Virus record (IMG/VR): IMGVR_UViG_3300010376_000042
Location: 1-53,606 of that record
Direction: 5' to 3' (one strand)
Source of the DNA: a virus
Lineage: Duplodnaviria; Caudoviricetes
Length of the DNA: 53,606 bases
The position numbers and the translations under genes were made by a program. Each line of letters opens with the position of its first letter. Position 1 is the stretch's first letter. The notes beneath the pieces are model-generated. The model saw nothing but the letters and a program-made list of their open reading frames with translations. It had not been told where the DNA came from and searched no databases. Below, one piece after another: positions 1-9,094 of this stretch.

Positions 1-123
1 CTGGCTGGCACGTCGATTTGGCGATGAGGCACTCAACAAGGAACTGGACCAGATAGCCAACGAAATGCGCAGGGGGGCTAGTCGCATCTAATGGGCATCA
101 AGAACGACCTCATCAAGTCTGCC
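1..123. repeat. Terminal direct repeat, copy 1 (assembly circularisation overlap)
   Basis: Identical to 53484-53606; falls inside coding sequence (end of the TSCPD gene, start of dnaE). Confidence 0.95.
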
Positions 124-3100
124 TCGTTCGAGCGCCGTGATGGTGAGTGCTCGCATGCGCACCAGACTATCACGATGCGCGCACGGCGGCGACAGCGTGC
201 CGCTGCCCGCGCGCACGTGGGGCTCAAGCCGATGACGTTCGTGAGCCTGCATCACCACAGCACGCTCGGCAGTTACCTAGACGGCTACCAACTGCCCGAG
301 GCGCACGTCCGTCGCGCCACCGAGATCAACATGGGCGCCATGGCCATGACCGAGCATGGTAACATCGATAGCCACGTCAAGTTCGAGGCCGCAGCCGAAG
401 GCACCGGCGTCAAGCCGATATTCGGTTGTGAGTTCTACACTGGCTTCACTGACGAGGCGCGTCGCACTCAACGCAAGTACCATCTGACCGTGCTGGCGGC
501 CACGCCGGAAGGATACCAGAACCTACTCAAACTGGTGACGTTGAGCTTCGCAGAGGGATTCCATTACGAGCCCACCATCAGCGGTGACATGCTGTACCGC
601 CACCGCAAGGGTTTGATCGTGCTGAGTGGTTGCCAGGGCAGCCTCCTGTTCTGCTCGGCGGTTGGCGGCAAGTTGATCGAGGAGAAAGATGCGAGTTACG
701 CGAGAGCGCGCAAGGTTGCACAATGGTTCCGTGCGAAGTTCGGTGACGCTTACTACATCGAGGTCCAGGCTTTCCCTGAGCTCGATCAAACCCGAAGGTT
801 TGCGCCGATGGCTGAGAATCTATCGCGCGAATTGGGGATCGGACTTGTCGGGACGATGGACTGTCATTATACTGCACCCGAGGAGGTCGAACTCCAGAAG
901 GTCCTCCACAATGTCCGCCCTGGTGAGAAGCGGACACTTGAGGAGCAGGTCCGTTCCTGGGGTTACGAGGTTCCTCTTTGCCCACCCCCTAATGACCGTG
1001 CGATTTATCGTCGACTGGTTGCCACTGGAATATCGCGTGGAGCGGCGATCGAAGCAATAGCCAACACGGCTGAGATAGCGCAGCGCTGCAACGTGACGTT
1101 GCCCAAGCTGCCCATGGTGCGCTACCCGCTACCGCGCGGCTACACCAGCGAGCAAGACTTGTGGCGTGATTGGCTGAAGGATGGCTGGCGCTATCGCAAG
1201 TGCAACCAGCTACCAGCAGCCGAGCGCGAGCAATACAAGGCACGGCTCAAGTATGAGATGGACTTGATAGAGAGCAAGGGGTTCATCAGCTACTTCTTGA
1301 TCGTGAGCGACAGCGTCAAGTATGCCAAGGATCACGACATCCCAGTCGGCCCTGCGCGCGGCAGCGCGGCAGCGAGCTTGGCGGCATGGTTGCTACGCAT
1401 CACCGAGGTCAATCCCATGCTGTTCCCCAATCTGGTGTTTGAGAGGTTCATCGATGTCAGCCGTGAAGACCTACCCGACATTGACCTTGACTTCGACTCG
1501 GATCGCCGCCATGAGGTACGAGAATATCTTGTTTCCAAGTACGGACCTAAGTGCGTCAACAACATCGGCACCTTCTCCTACTACAAGAGCAAGGTGGCGC
1601 TTGATGACGTTGCTCATGTTCATGGGATACCAAAGTATGAAGTCGCGAAGGTCAAGGAACTGCTCATCGAGCGGAGCTCCGGCGACTTGCGTGCTAGTGC
1701 TACCATCGAGGATACGGTGGAGCAGTTCGACGCAGCGCGAGAGGTATTCGAACGTCACCCCGAGCTCTACAAGGCAATGGACCTGGAGGGGAACGTTCGC
1801 GGCTTCGGTGTGCATTCGGCTGGACTGGTGGTAAGCAACGAGCCGATTGAACATGTGTGCGCAGTGCACACGCGGGAAGTGAAGAAGCGATTGATCACCT
1901 GCGTCAGCATGGACAAGTACGATGCTGAGCGGCAGGGGTTGTTGAAGTTGGACTACCTGGGGCTAAGCACCATGGCGATGATCGCTGAGGCGCTGCGGCA
2001 GCTAGGCAGGCCGCTGACTGACCTGTACGAACTGCCACTGGATGACCCACGAGTGATCCAGGGCTTCCGGGAAAACGACGTGGTAGGCATATTCCAGTTC
2101 GATGGGCGCGCCATGCGCAGTGTGTGTGGCGCGCTCAGACCTGACTCGTTCAAGGAGATATGTGATGTCAATGCGTTGTCTCGCCCAGGGCCGCTACACA
2201 ATGGCGCGGCTAATGAGTACATCGATATCAAGCGCGGGGCGAAGAAGCCAGAACTCATACACCCTGCTCTTGACTCGATTACCGCCGACACCCACTTTCA
2301 GATCGTATACCAGGAGCAAATCCTGCGCGTTGTTACGGAGATCGGCGCGTTCGATTGGACTCATGCGTCGTACATTCGTAAGATCATTTCTAAGAAGCTA
2401 GGCGAGCAGGAGTTCCAGCGCCAGTGGGAGCGCTTCTGGGAAGGCGCGCGCAACTACCACAAGCGCCGTGGCGGTGAGCCCATCACTAAGGAGCTCGCTC
2501 AGAAGATATGGGGACTGTGCATCACGTCTGGTTCCTATGCCTTCAACGCAGCCCATTGCGTATCCTATGGCATGCTCGGCTACTGGACCATGTGGATCAA
2601 GCGGCTGCATCCGGCTGTGTTCTACGCTGCCTCGCTACAGAAGATGCCCAAGCGCAAGGGTGGCGGCGAGAACAGCGTGAAGGAGAACAAGGCAGCCGCC
2701 GCCATGCTCAACCACCACACCACGCTACTGCGTGACGCTGCCAAGGGCATGGGCGACCGCGAGCCGTGCGAGATACTAGCGCCGTCGCCTGCACGCAGTG
2801 AGATCGACTGGATAGCCACCGACGACCAGACGTTGCTAGCTGGCTGGCGGCAAGCAGGAGCCAAGGCAGTTGGAAGCAGGGCTGTGGCTTGGCGTGCCGA
2901 ACAGAACGGTAGGAAGCTATCATGGCGTGACTATTTGGCGGTGAAGGGCATTGGCCCCAAGACAGTTGAGAAGATGGAGCAGCTTGGTGAGGCTGATGAT
3001 CCATTCGAAGTCACCAAGCTGGACCACATGCTAGACGACATCAAGGCACAGCTGCTAGGTTGGGGTGTACCCAAACCCACGCACACAGCGCTGGAGGTTC

Positions 3101-3444
3101 CGTATGAGCGTGGACGTGACACGCAGATAGTGTGGATGGGGCTAGTGCTGCACCGCAACCTGCGCGACATCTTCGAGAGCAACCGTGCGCGTACCGGCGT
3201 CGAGTTGAAGCGTGAGGAAGTAAAGGAACCAGACCTCAACGAGTGGATCATGTTGGCGGGCTATGATGGCACTGAGCAGGTGACAGTGCGCATTGACCGC
3301 TTCAAGTATCCGCAGTTTCGCAACGCAGTATGGAACCTCAAGTTGGGTCACGACATTGTTGTGGCGCAGGGCATCAAGCCAGGCTTCCGCACAGCGCGGG
3401 AGATCTACGTCAAGCGACTATGGGTCATTGATCCAGAAGGATGA
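91..3444 (+). CDS. dnaE: DNA polymerase III alpha subunit (family C, DnaE-type with PHP domain)
   Basis: PHP motifs HHHST..YLDG, TEHG, GCE, SGC, DCHY; catalytic PDIDLDF and KLDYLG; GPARGSAA; YAFNAAH. ATG at 91 overlaps the upstream stop (TAATG); alternative start at 232. Confidence 0.95.
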   Translation: MGIKNDLIKSASFERRDGECSHAHQTITMRARRRQRAAARAHVGLKPMTFVSLHHHSTLGSYLDGYQLPEAHVRRATEINMGAMAMTEHGNIDSHVKFEAAAEGTGVKPIFGCEFYTGFTDEARRTQRKYHLTVLAATPEGYQNLLKLVTLSFAEGFHYEPTISGDMLYRHRKGLIVLSGCQGSLLFCSAVGGKLIEEKDASYARARKVAQWFRAKFGDAYYIEVQAFPELDQTRRFAPMAENLSRELGIGLVGTMDCHYTAPEEVELQKVLHNVRPGEKRTLEEQVRSWGYEVPLCPPPNDRAIYRRLVATGISRGAAIEAIANTAEIAQRCNVTLPKLPMVRYPLPRGYTSEQDLWRDWLKDGWRYRKCNQLPAAEREQYKARLKYEMDLIESKGFISYFLIVSDSVKYAKDHDIPVGPARGSAAASLAAWLLRITEVNPMLFPNLVFERFIDVSREDLPDIDLDFDSDRRHEVREYLVSKYGPKCVNNIGTFSYYKSKVALDDVAHVHGIPKYEVAKVKELLIERSSGDLRASATIEDTVEQFDAAREVFERHPELYKAMDLEGNVRGFGVHSAGLVVSNEPIEHVCAVHTREVKKRLITCVSMDKYDAERQGLLKLDYLGLSTMAMIAEALRQLGRPLTDLYELPLDDPRVIQGFRENDVVGIFQFDGRAMRSVCGALRPDSFKEICDVNALSRPGPLHNGAANEYIDIKRGAKKPELIHPALDSITADTHFQIVYQEQILRVVTEIGAFDWTHASYIRKIISKKLGEQEFQRQWERFWEGARNYHKRRGGEPITKELAQKIWGLCITSGSYAFNAAHCVSYGMLGYWTMWIKRLHPAVFYAASLQKMPKRKGGGENSVKENKAAAAMLNHHTTLLRDAAKGMGDREPCEILAPSPARSEIDWIATDDQTLLAGWRQAGAKAVGSRAVAWRAEQNGRKLSWRDYLAVKGIGPKTVEKMEQLGEADDPFEVTKLDHMLDDIKAQLLGWGVPKPTHTALEVPYERGRDTQIVWMGLVLHRNLRDIFESNRARTGVELKREEVKEPDLNEWIMLAGYDGTEQVTVRIDRFKYPQFRNAVWNLKLGHDIVVAQGIKPGFRTAREIYVKRLWVIDPEG

Positions 3445-3451
3445 AATGTAA

Positions 3452-4480
3452 ATGAGTGTAGCACCGACAACCTATTGCCCAGAATGTGGCGTGATGGAAG
3501 TGGACGGACAAGCAACCATGGCGCATCGGGACAGCTGTCCTCACCGCTTCAAGGGCGCGCGTGTCGAGACCGAGACTGTGCCTGGCTTTGACGCGGGCAT
3601 AGAAGTGGGCGGTACAGCGCACGCCACGCAACCGGGCACCGATGTCAGCACATACGTGGACAAGGCCATGTATGGCGCTGCGCCAATGGCTAGCCAAATG
3701 CCCAAGGTGCACCTGGTCAGCATGACGCCAGACCCCCTTGGCGCCATCGCTGCCGCCTGCCGCATGTACGAAGGCAAGCCCACCTACGACTTGGACGACA
3801 TCAACGACGACGAACGTAGGCAAGCGTGGCAGCAAGTGCAGGAGACGCACCTCAAGGCACCGCTGGAGTTCGTCGACCTACACTTCTTTATAGAGGGAGT
3901 GACGCGCGCCTTCACGCACCAGATGGTGCGCCAGCGCACGGCGGTGTACGCGCAGGAGTCATTGCGCTTCGCTGTCAAGGAGGAGATCGCCGCCAGGCCA
4001 GGGCCAATGATCATGCAGGACCGGCGCAAGCGCGAGATCTGGGAAGAGGCGATGCAGCTAGCGCACGAGCGCTACCTGTCGCTGATCGCCAATGGCGTGC
4101 CAGCTGAGGAGGCACGCGGCCTACTGCCGCACGACACGCTGACGCGGCTCAACTACAAGACCAACCTGCGCAACCTGCTAGAGCACGCAGGCAACCGGCT
4201 GTGCACGCAGGCGCAGTTCGAGTGGCGCTTGGTGTTCATCGGCATCGTGGGAGCCATACACGACTATGCCGGTTACGGCACGCAGTGGAACAAGTGGCAG
4301 TTCGAACACATCGCCGATAGCAACGTGTTCAAGCCGGTGTGCTTCTCACTGGGGCACTGCCCGTTCAACGCAAGCTTCGATCGCGGCTGCACCATCAGGC
4401 CGCGCGTAGAAGACGGCAAGTTCGACGAGATCAAGCCAGAGGAGTACATGGCAGATCCGACGGCTGGCTGGGTCCGGTAA
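3452..4480 (+). CDS. thyX: ThyX-family flavin-dependent thymidylate synthase homolog with divergent signature and N-terminal Cys/His extension
   Basis: THQMVRQRTAVYAQESLRF (canonical RHRx7SxRY), EEARGLLP, NLRNL..NRLCTQAQFEWR. Confidence 0.85.
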   Translation: MSVAPTTYCPECGVMEVDGQATMAHRDSCPHRFKGARVETETVPGFDAGIEVGGTAHATQPGTDVSTYVDKAMYGAAPMASQMPKVHLVSMTPDPLGAIAAACRMYEGKPTYDLDDINDDERRQAWQQVQETHLKAPLEFVDLHFFIEGVTRAFTHQMVRQRTAVYAQESLRFAVKEEIAARPGPMIMQDRRKREIWEEAMQLAHERYLSLIANGVPAEEARGLLPHDTLTRLNYKTNLRNLLEHAGNRLCTQAQFEWRLVFIGIVGAIHDYAGYGTQWNKWQFEHIADSNVFKPVCFSLGHCPFNASFDRGCTIRPRVEDGKFDEIKPEEYMADPTAGWVR

Positions 4481-4544
4481 ACAACAGGGTCAAGGTGATT
4501 GGATCAGACTAGCATGTACATCTATTTTCCTTATCTGTGTATGG

Positions 4545-5054
4545 TTGTCGGCTTCGGTTGGTGCTTCCGCCGAGGGCTGGCAGAGGGCTGGCGCAAGTGT
4601 GTACGGTTCGCCGTGCGAAGGGACAAGCGGCAGCACGGGGTATCGCGGTGATAACCTCAACGAACATCCCTGGTCGTTTGCAGAGTTGGGCAACGGCTAC
4701 GCGCTTGGCGGCCTGCCCAACCATACCCGCATCCGTGTGCGGGTTGGTAAACGACACACCGTCATCGTCAAGCGTGACATTGGAGGCGGCGGCGGACCAG
4801 TTGACGGTCTACCGCGTGACTTCGATCTTTACTACCCGGTGGCCCATTGGCTGGCGGGTGCCGATTGTAACTGGACGGGCGTGATCGAATGGCAAAGGTA
4901 CGTCGAACCAAGGGCACACATAAGGCGACACCGCCCCAAGCGCCGCTCGGCTTCGTTGAGCTATTCCCGCGTGTCGCAGACAGCCTCACTCATCTGGTCA
5001 AGGTGGCCGAGGCTGAGGGTGACGTGGAGCTTGAACGCGCCATTGATGGAGTAG
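4545..5054 (+). CDS. Putative secreted RlpA/3D-like double-psi beta-barrel protein; start uncertain
   Basis: GASVYG, AEL...LP..TRIRV, KRDIGGG, RDFDLY pattern; hydrophobic signal-like in-frame stretch upstream of the first canonical start. Confidence 0.5.
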   Translation: MSASVGASAEGWQRAGASVYGSPCEGTSGSTGYRGDNLNEHPWSFAELGNGYALGGLPNHTRIRVRVGKRHTVIVKRDIGGGGGPVDGLPRDFDLYYPVAHWLAGADCNWTGVIEWQRYVEPRAHIRRHRPKRRSASLSYSRVSQTASLIWSRWPRLRVTWSLNAPLME

Positions 5055-5131
5055 CGGGCTTGTGCATGGGCTGCTGGCTAGAGCTACATCGCATCGGCGA
5101 TGCATTGGAGGCGCTAGTTGCCTCTAGGTGA
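4889..5131 (+). CDS. Hypothetical protein
   Basis: 80 aa ORF in the co-directional gene run; overlaps the tail of the previous ORF. Confidence 0.55.
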   Translation: MAKVRRTKGTHKATPPQAPLGFVELFPRVADSLTHLVKVAEAEGDVELERAIDGVAGLCMGCWLELHRIGDALEALVASR

Positions 5132-5291
5132 GAAGATAGCGCTTGGCATTGTCGGCGTTGACGCTCTGTTGATACTTGGCGCCATCGTCGTCAGTGCTGG
5201 GCAGAAACGACAGGAAAGGCTACAGCAAGAGCGCGAAGCGCAGCATCCATACACCGACTACGTGAGCACGAAGGGACCACCCAATGACTAG
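5118..5291 (+). CDS. Small single-pass membrane protein (57 aa, not in ORF track)
   Basis: GGAGG at 5107-5111, TTG start, MPLGEKIALGIVGVDALLILGAIVVSAG...; fills the gap between neighbours. Confidence 0.6.
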   Translation: MPLGEKIALGIVGVDALLILGAIVVSAGQKRQERLQQEREAQHPYTDYVSTKGPPND

Positions 5292-5532
5292 GCGCAAGCA
5301 CGGCAAGCTGCAAAAGTTGACGCGCAAGCAGCGCGTTAGTAGGGCAGAACGCAACGAGCGGCGCGGTCGTGATGGCGCAGCGATTCGCTGGACCAAGGCA
5401 CATGTGGTCAAGGAGCCGTTCAAATGGAGCAAGCCCAGGCCAAGCCGTCGCGTTGAGGCAGAGCTCGCGCTGGCTGGCGCAATCAAGGACGCCGTTCCCG
5501 GCGTGGAGGACGCAAAGCGAGGTAGCAAGTGA
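5284..5532 (+). CDS. Basic hypothetical protein
   Basis: 82 aa Arg/Lys-rich ORF, GTGA overlap with next gene. Confidence 0.55.
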   Translation: MTRRKHGKLQKLTRKQRVSRAERNERRGRDGAAIRWTKAHVVKEPFKWSKPRPSRRVEAELALAGAIKDAVPGVEDAKRGSK

Positions 5533-5879
5533 CACCTATCAAGTTCGGAGGCGACATGGACGATCCCAACAACCCAGCATCACCCTTTATGGCGCGTGAG
5601 GAGGTTGAGGACGCTGCCGGTGAGCTAGCTGGTATGTCGCAGGAGGAGATCGATGCGAACCGCACCGCTGCGCCAGAGCCAACCGACCTGGCGGACGCTG
5701 AGCCCGTGCGTATTAGCCGTGAGGAGGGTCTGGACCTTCTGTGCCAGGGACTGCTACAGCAGATACGCGAGGCAGCGCAGCAACTCAAGGCTGCACGTGA
5801 GCAGAACTTCTGGGGTGATGTGCAGGAGGTAGAGAAAAACCTAGCCATGTTGTTGCCCGAGAACCAACAGTCAGAGTAA
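5529..5879 (+). CDS. Acidic hypothetical protein
   Basis: 116 aa ORF, GAGG upstream, abuts next gene. Confidence 0.65.
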   Translation: MTPIKFGGDMDDPNNPASPFMAREEVEDAAGELAGMSQEEIDANRTAAPEPTDLADAEPVRISREEGLDLLCQGLLQQIREAAQQLKAAREQNFWGDVQEVEKNLAMLLPENQQSE

Positions 5880-6392
5880 GTGGCTGTCCCAAAGGCACTC
5901 CGTGGCTATCGCAACTGCAAGAAGTGCGGACGCTGGCGGCCAGCCAGTGACTTCCGCCCGTACAAGTCCAAGCGCATGTTGGGCGAATCACTGTACAGCA
6001 GTTGCCGACACTGCGAAAAAGAATATGCCAAAGACCGTTTCTTCGATCTCACCTACGACCAGCGTGCTGAACTACGCGAGCGCACACGTGAACACGCAGC
6101 ATCACGGCGGCGCAGGGAAGGTAAGCCAGTGCGCAACGTCACGCGTGACGGCTACGGTGCCAAGCGTGTCAAAGACAACATCGGCAAGACCGGCAGTGTT
6201 GATCCAGCGCCAGTGTTGCAGGAGTGCGCCCGAGCAGGCATGGGCGTGGGCGAAGTCGCGCAGGCAGCTGGCGTTGACGAACGCTCGGTGCGGCGCTGGA
6301 AAAATGGTGGGGAACGCATGTCGCTAGATGCCGCTGACCGCTTGTGCATGAACATTGGCTTGCACCTGAGCCTGATCTATGGGTGTGAGTGA
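5880..6392 (+). CDS. Zinc-finger plus C-terminal Cro/XRE-type HTH DNA-binding protein
   Basis: CKKC...CRHC; VGEVAQAAGVDERSVRRWKNG helix-turn-helix. Confidence 0.7.
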   Translation: MAVPKALRGYRNCKKCGRWRPASDFRPYKSKRMLGESLYSSCRHCEKEYAKDRFFDLTYDQRAELRERTREHAASRRRREGKPVRNVTRDGYGAKRVKDNIGKTGSVDPAPVLQECARAGMGVGEVAQAAGVDERSVRRWKNGGERMSLDAADRLCMNIGLHLSLIYGCE

Positions 6393-7255
6393 TGGCGCAT
6401 TGGGAGCCAGGGTCAAAGGTGCAGTATGAGGGCAAGATGTGGACGGTCAAGTCACTGCGCCGCGATTATCCGGATGGCAATGTGATGGTTGAGCTTATAC
6501 GTGAGCGTCGTGATCCACTAGTTGAAGCGTTGCGCTTTGGTTCGGGTTCACCGTATGCGTTCCAGCCAATACAGGAGAAGCTTGAGATTGATGCGCGGCT
6601 GCTGCTGCAACAAGAGGCACGTGACATCATGGGTCGCTTTACTGGCCTGCAATCGTACGGCAGCGACCCAACCGGCATTGAGCGTAAGAAGGTTGAAGCT
6701 GAACTGCGCGCCAATCTGGAAAAGATGGGCATCAAGGTTGGCGGTAGCGATGCGTTGTCCGATATGGTCAGGCATGTATCGGAGCAAATGGCCGCCATGA
6801 CTACCGGCTGGCAGGCCATCAGCAACGCAGCGCGTCCAGCTTCGCAGGCTCTGGGCCAATTGCGCAAAAGTATAGAAAGCATGAGTGAGCAGGAACGCAA
6901 GGAACTTGAAGACGTCGAGCTAAGTCGTAAGGCCGAGCTAGACGCGCGCTTCACCGAGCCAGAGGCAGACGGCGTCGTAGTGTTCTGGCACAAGGGTGAG
7001 TTGCGCAACACAGCAGCAGGCGTCAAGTTCACGTTCGAGCGCTTCTCGTTTGGCGACCACGACGATGACTATGACCGCCAGTGCGAGCGCGTTGAGTCAG
7101 TTGAGGCGGCGTGGCAGTTCGTTGACTACCTCAACGACGACGAAGCCGGTACGCCAATGGCCATACGTGACGGCGCAGTGGTGCTGTTCTATCATAGCGA
7201 CGCCGGTTGGGAGGCCCTGTGTGAGTTGAAGGTGCCGCGTGGCTATGACGCCTGA
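6389..7255 (+). CDS. Hypothetical protein
   Basis: 288 aa ORF, coupled to both neighbours. Confidence 0.7.
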   Translation: MMAHWEPGSKVQYEGKMWTVKSLRRDYPDGNVMVELIRERRDPLVEALRFGSGSPYAFQPIQEKLEIDARLLLQQEARDIMGRFTGLQSYGSDPTGIERKKVEAELRANLEKMGIKVGGSDALSDMVRHVSEQMAAMTTGWQAISNAARPASQALGQLRKSIESMSEQERKELEDVELSRKAELDARFTEPEADGVVVFWHKGELRNTAAGVKFTFERFSFGDHDDDYDRQCERVESVEAAWQFVDYLNDDEAGTPMAIRDGAVVLFYHSDAGWEALCELKVPRGYDA

Positions 7256-7487
7256 ACGCTCGCCCGCAGAGCCGCCTGCGCAGGGCGTGGCGGTTCCGTT
7301 CGAGCGTGAGCTAGGCTATCAAATCCAACGCGCCAAGCGGCTGTTCATTACGGGCCAAATTGACTTGGCCAGGTTGGAAGTTCTAGTTGATATGGCGCTG
7401 CGCGGCGAAGAGTGCGATGACGCTGATGTTGTCGGCGGTGCTGTGTGGGTGCAGCTTGGTAGCGGCGAGCGCACGCGGGTATGGTAA
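7239..7487 (+). CDS. Hypothetical protein
   Basis: 82 aa ORF (alternative ATG at 7245), followed by a hairpin. Confidence 0.55.
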   Translation: MAMTPERSPAEPPAQGVAVPFERELGYQIQRAKRLFITGQIDLARLEVLVDMALRGEECDDADVVGGAVWVQLGSGERTRVW

Positions 7488-7507
7488 AGTCCGCAAATAG
7501 CGGACTT
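7487..7507 (+). terminator. Perfect inverted repeat, terminator-like hairpin or operator
   Basis: AAGTCCGC-AAATA-GCGGACTT at the end of a gene run; no long U tract. Confidence 0.45.
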
Positions 7508-7651
7508 CTGCCCGGCTGCGGTGTAGGTTGGTAGCTAGCGTTGGTTATTAGCGTCCCGTTTGCTGTGGCTAGCGTGGCGCGTAAGGCCCAGAAACGGTGT
7601 AGGGTGTGTATAGGTGTGTATTTGTTGATCGTAAGGCGTTAGGAGCCATTT

Positions 7652-8122
7652 ATGAGGCTGACGGACCTGATGGACCCCAATCTGAAGGTGGAGGGGGATG
7701 AAACGGCAGCGGTAGCGCGAGTGCGGGCAGCGGTAGAGCCGCCGATGATGGTTGCGCTGGCTGTCGTGGGTTACAAGCGCAGGTTGGGCAAGGCCGGGTC
7801 TAGTGAGTTGGCTGCGGATAAGCGCACTGGCAGGCGGGCGGCGCAATGCTTGCTGAGTGTGATGGAACTGGTGGAACAGGAACGGCTGGATTGGAATACG
7901 GTGCGTGAGGCTGTTGATGCTGATCATCGTGCGGCGGCGGCTGTGTTGGACTGGAAGGTTTGGTTGCCGGAGCAGGCGGCTGTAATGCGGCGTGAAGCGC
8001 AGTGGTGCGCCACTTGGGTGATACAGGTGAATATCCAGTGCCGCATCCTCAAGCGAATCGCTTTTCGAATGGATGGTGCAAGTGAGCGTCTAACTGAGTT
8101 GAGTGGTTTGGTGGGTGTATGA
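7652..8122 (+). CDS. Hypothetical protein (helical)
   Basis: AGGAG RBS just upstream of ATG; 156 aa; G/T-rich codons. Confidence 0.65.
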   Translation: MRLTDLMDPNLKVEGDETAAVARVRAAVEPPMMVALAVVGYKRRLGKAGSSELAADKRTGRRAAQCLLSVMELVEQERLDWNTVREAVDADHRAAAAVLDWKVWLPEQAAVMRREAQWCATWVIQVNIQCRILKRIAFRMDGASERLTELSGLVGV

Positions 8123-8374
8123 GTATCTTCTGTTATGGATGTTTTGTCCTCATTCGCGGCGATCGCCCTGGCAGGCGTCCGCGTTACCCGATCGCTGAGC
8201 GAGCTCGCGCATATCCCGATCGCCTACGCGCACGTGGGGCGCTGGCTGCACTAATACGCGGAGATGTCACTTGCTCGCGTAGAGCGCGATCGAGCGTGGT
8301 GGCGTATGGCTAGGGTGGTGGTGCGCCGGGCGCGCAGGGGATCGCGTAGGCGATCGCCCGCGCGAAGCCCGCGC

Positions 8375-8905
8375 GTGCAGAATGTTGGTAAGCGGGTTGC
8401 GGTATTGGGGATTGATGCTGGTGGTACGACGGGGTTGTGTTGGTGGCATGGTGTTGTGTTGGGCGGGATAAAGGAGACTTTGATTGATGGTCGTCTTGGG
8501 TTTGGGTTTGAACAAGTTGATTGCGGACGTGGGACGGTTGCTGGTGAGCGTGAGGGTGCTGAACGGATCTGTCAGCGTTGGGTCGATCTGGAAGCCGAGT
8601 GGACGTTGGAGAATGTTGCGGTGCCAAATCGGTATCTCGTCATCGAGGACTTCGTACTGCGGGCGAAGGTCGGTAGCACCCAGCGTGTCGGACTATCAAG
8701 CGCGCGAATTGGCGCTCTCGTGGAAGGGATGCTGGTGTCACGTGTTCCTGGGTCAAGTGTCGCCAGATACAGCCCATCTCGTTCGAAGAGCTTTGCGACA
8801 AGCGATAGGCTGAAGAATTGGGGACTGTGGTGTCGTGCAGCACCGCATAGCCGTGATGCGGCGAAGCAGGTTGCGTTGCATGTAGCCACTTTGGTGCAGA
8901 GCTGA
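8375..8905 (+). CDS. RuvC-like Holliday junction resolvase
   Basis: VLGIDAGGTTG, LVIEDF and HSRDA acidic motifs of the RNase H fold; start placed at GTG 8375 (frame is open from 8264). Confidence 0.75.
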   Translation: MQNVGKRVAVLGIDAGGTTGLCWWHGVVLGGIKETLIDGRLGFGFEQVDCGRGTVAGEREGAERICQRWVDLEAEWTLENVAVPNRYLVIEDFVLRAKVGSTQRVGLSSARIGALVEGMLVSRVPGSSVARYSPSRSKSFATSDRLKNWGLWCRAAPHSRDAAKQVALHVATLVQS

Positions 8906-9094
8906 GCGAAAGTTAGAAAACCTCCCGCCACCCAGGCCCGAACCATCGAGCGCGCGATATCCCGCGACGCGCTCGCGCGAGGAATCGTTGCCGGTGTAGC
9001 GTGACGTGCTGCGGAGCACTACGCTTCTGGGCGTGCTCAATACACCCACCAGCCCGCCAAGTAACACGGGCAAGCACGTGCTGAAAGGTGGGCT

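Noticed and set aside
1-123. 123 bp terminal repeat as a biological DTR
   Set aside because: It falls inside two coupled genes (TSCPD end, dnaE start), as expected for an assembler overlap on a circular or permuted genome rather than a physical end
91-3444. Frequent CTAG/CTA suggesting stop-codon reassignment
   Set aside because: A rough count in dnaE is near random expectation; genes are intact under the standard code and several end in TAG at sensible boundaries
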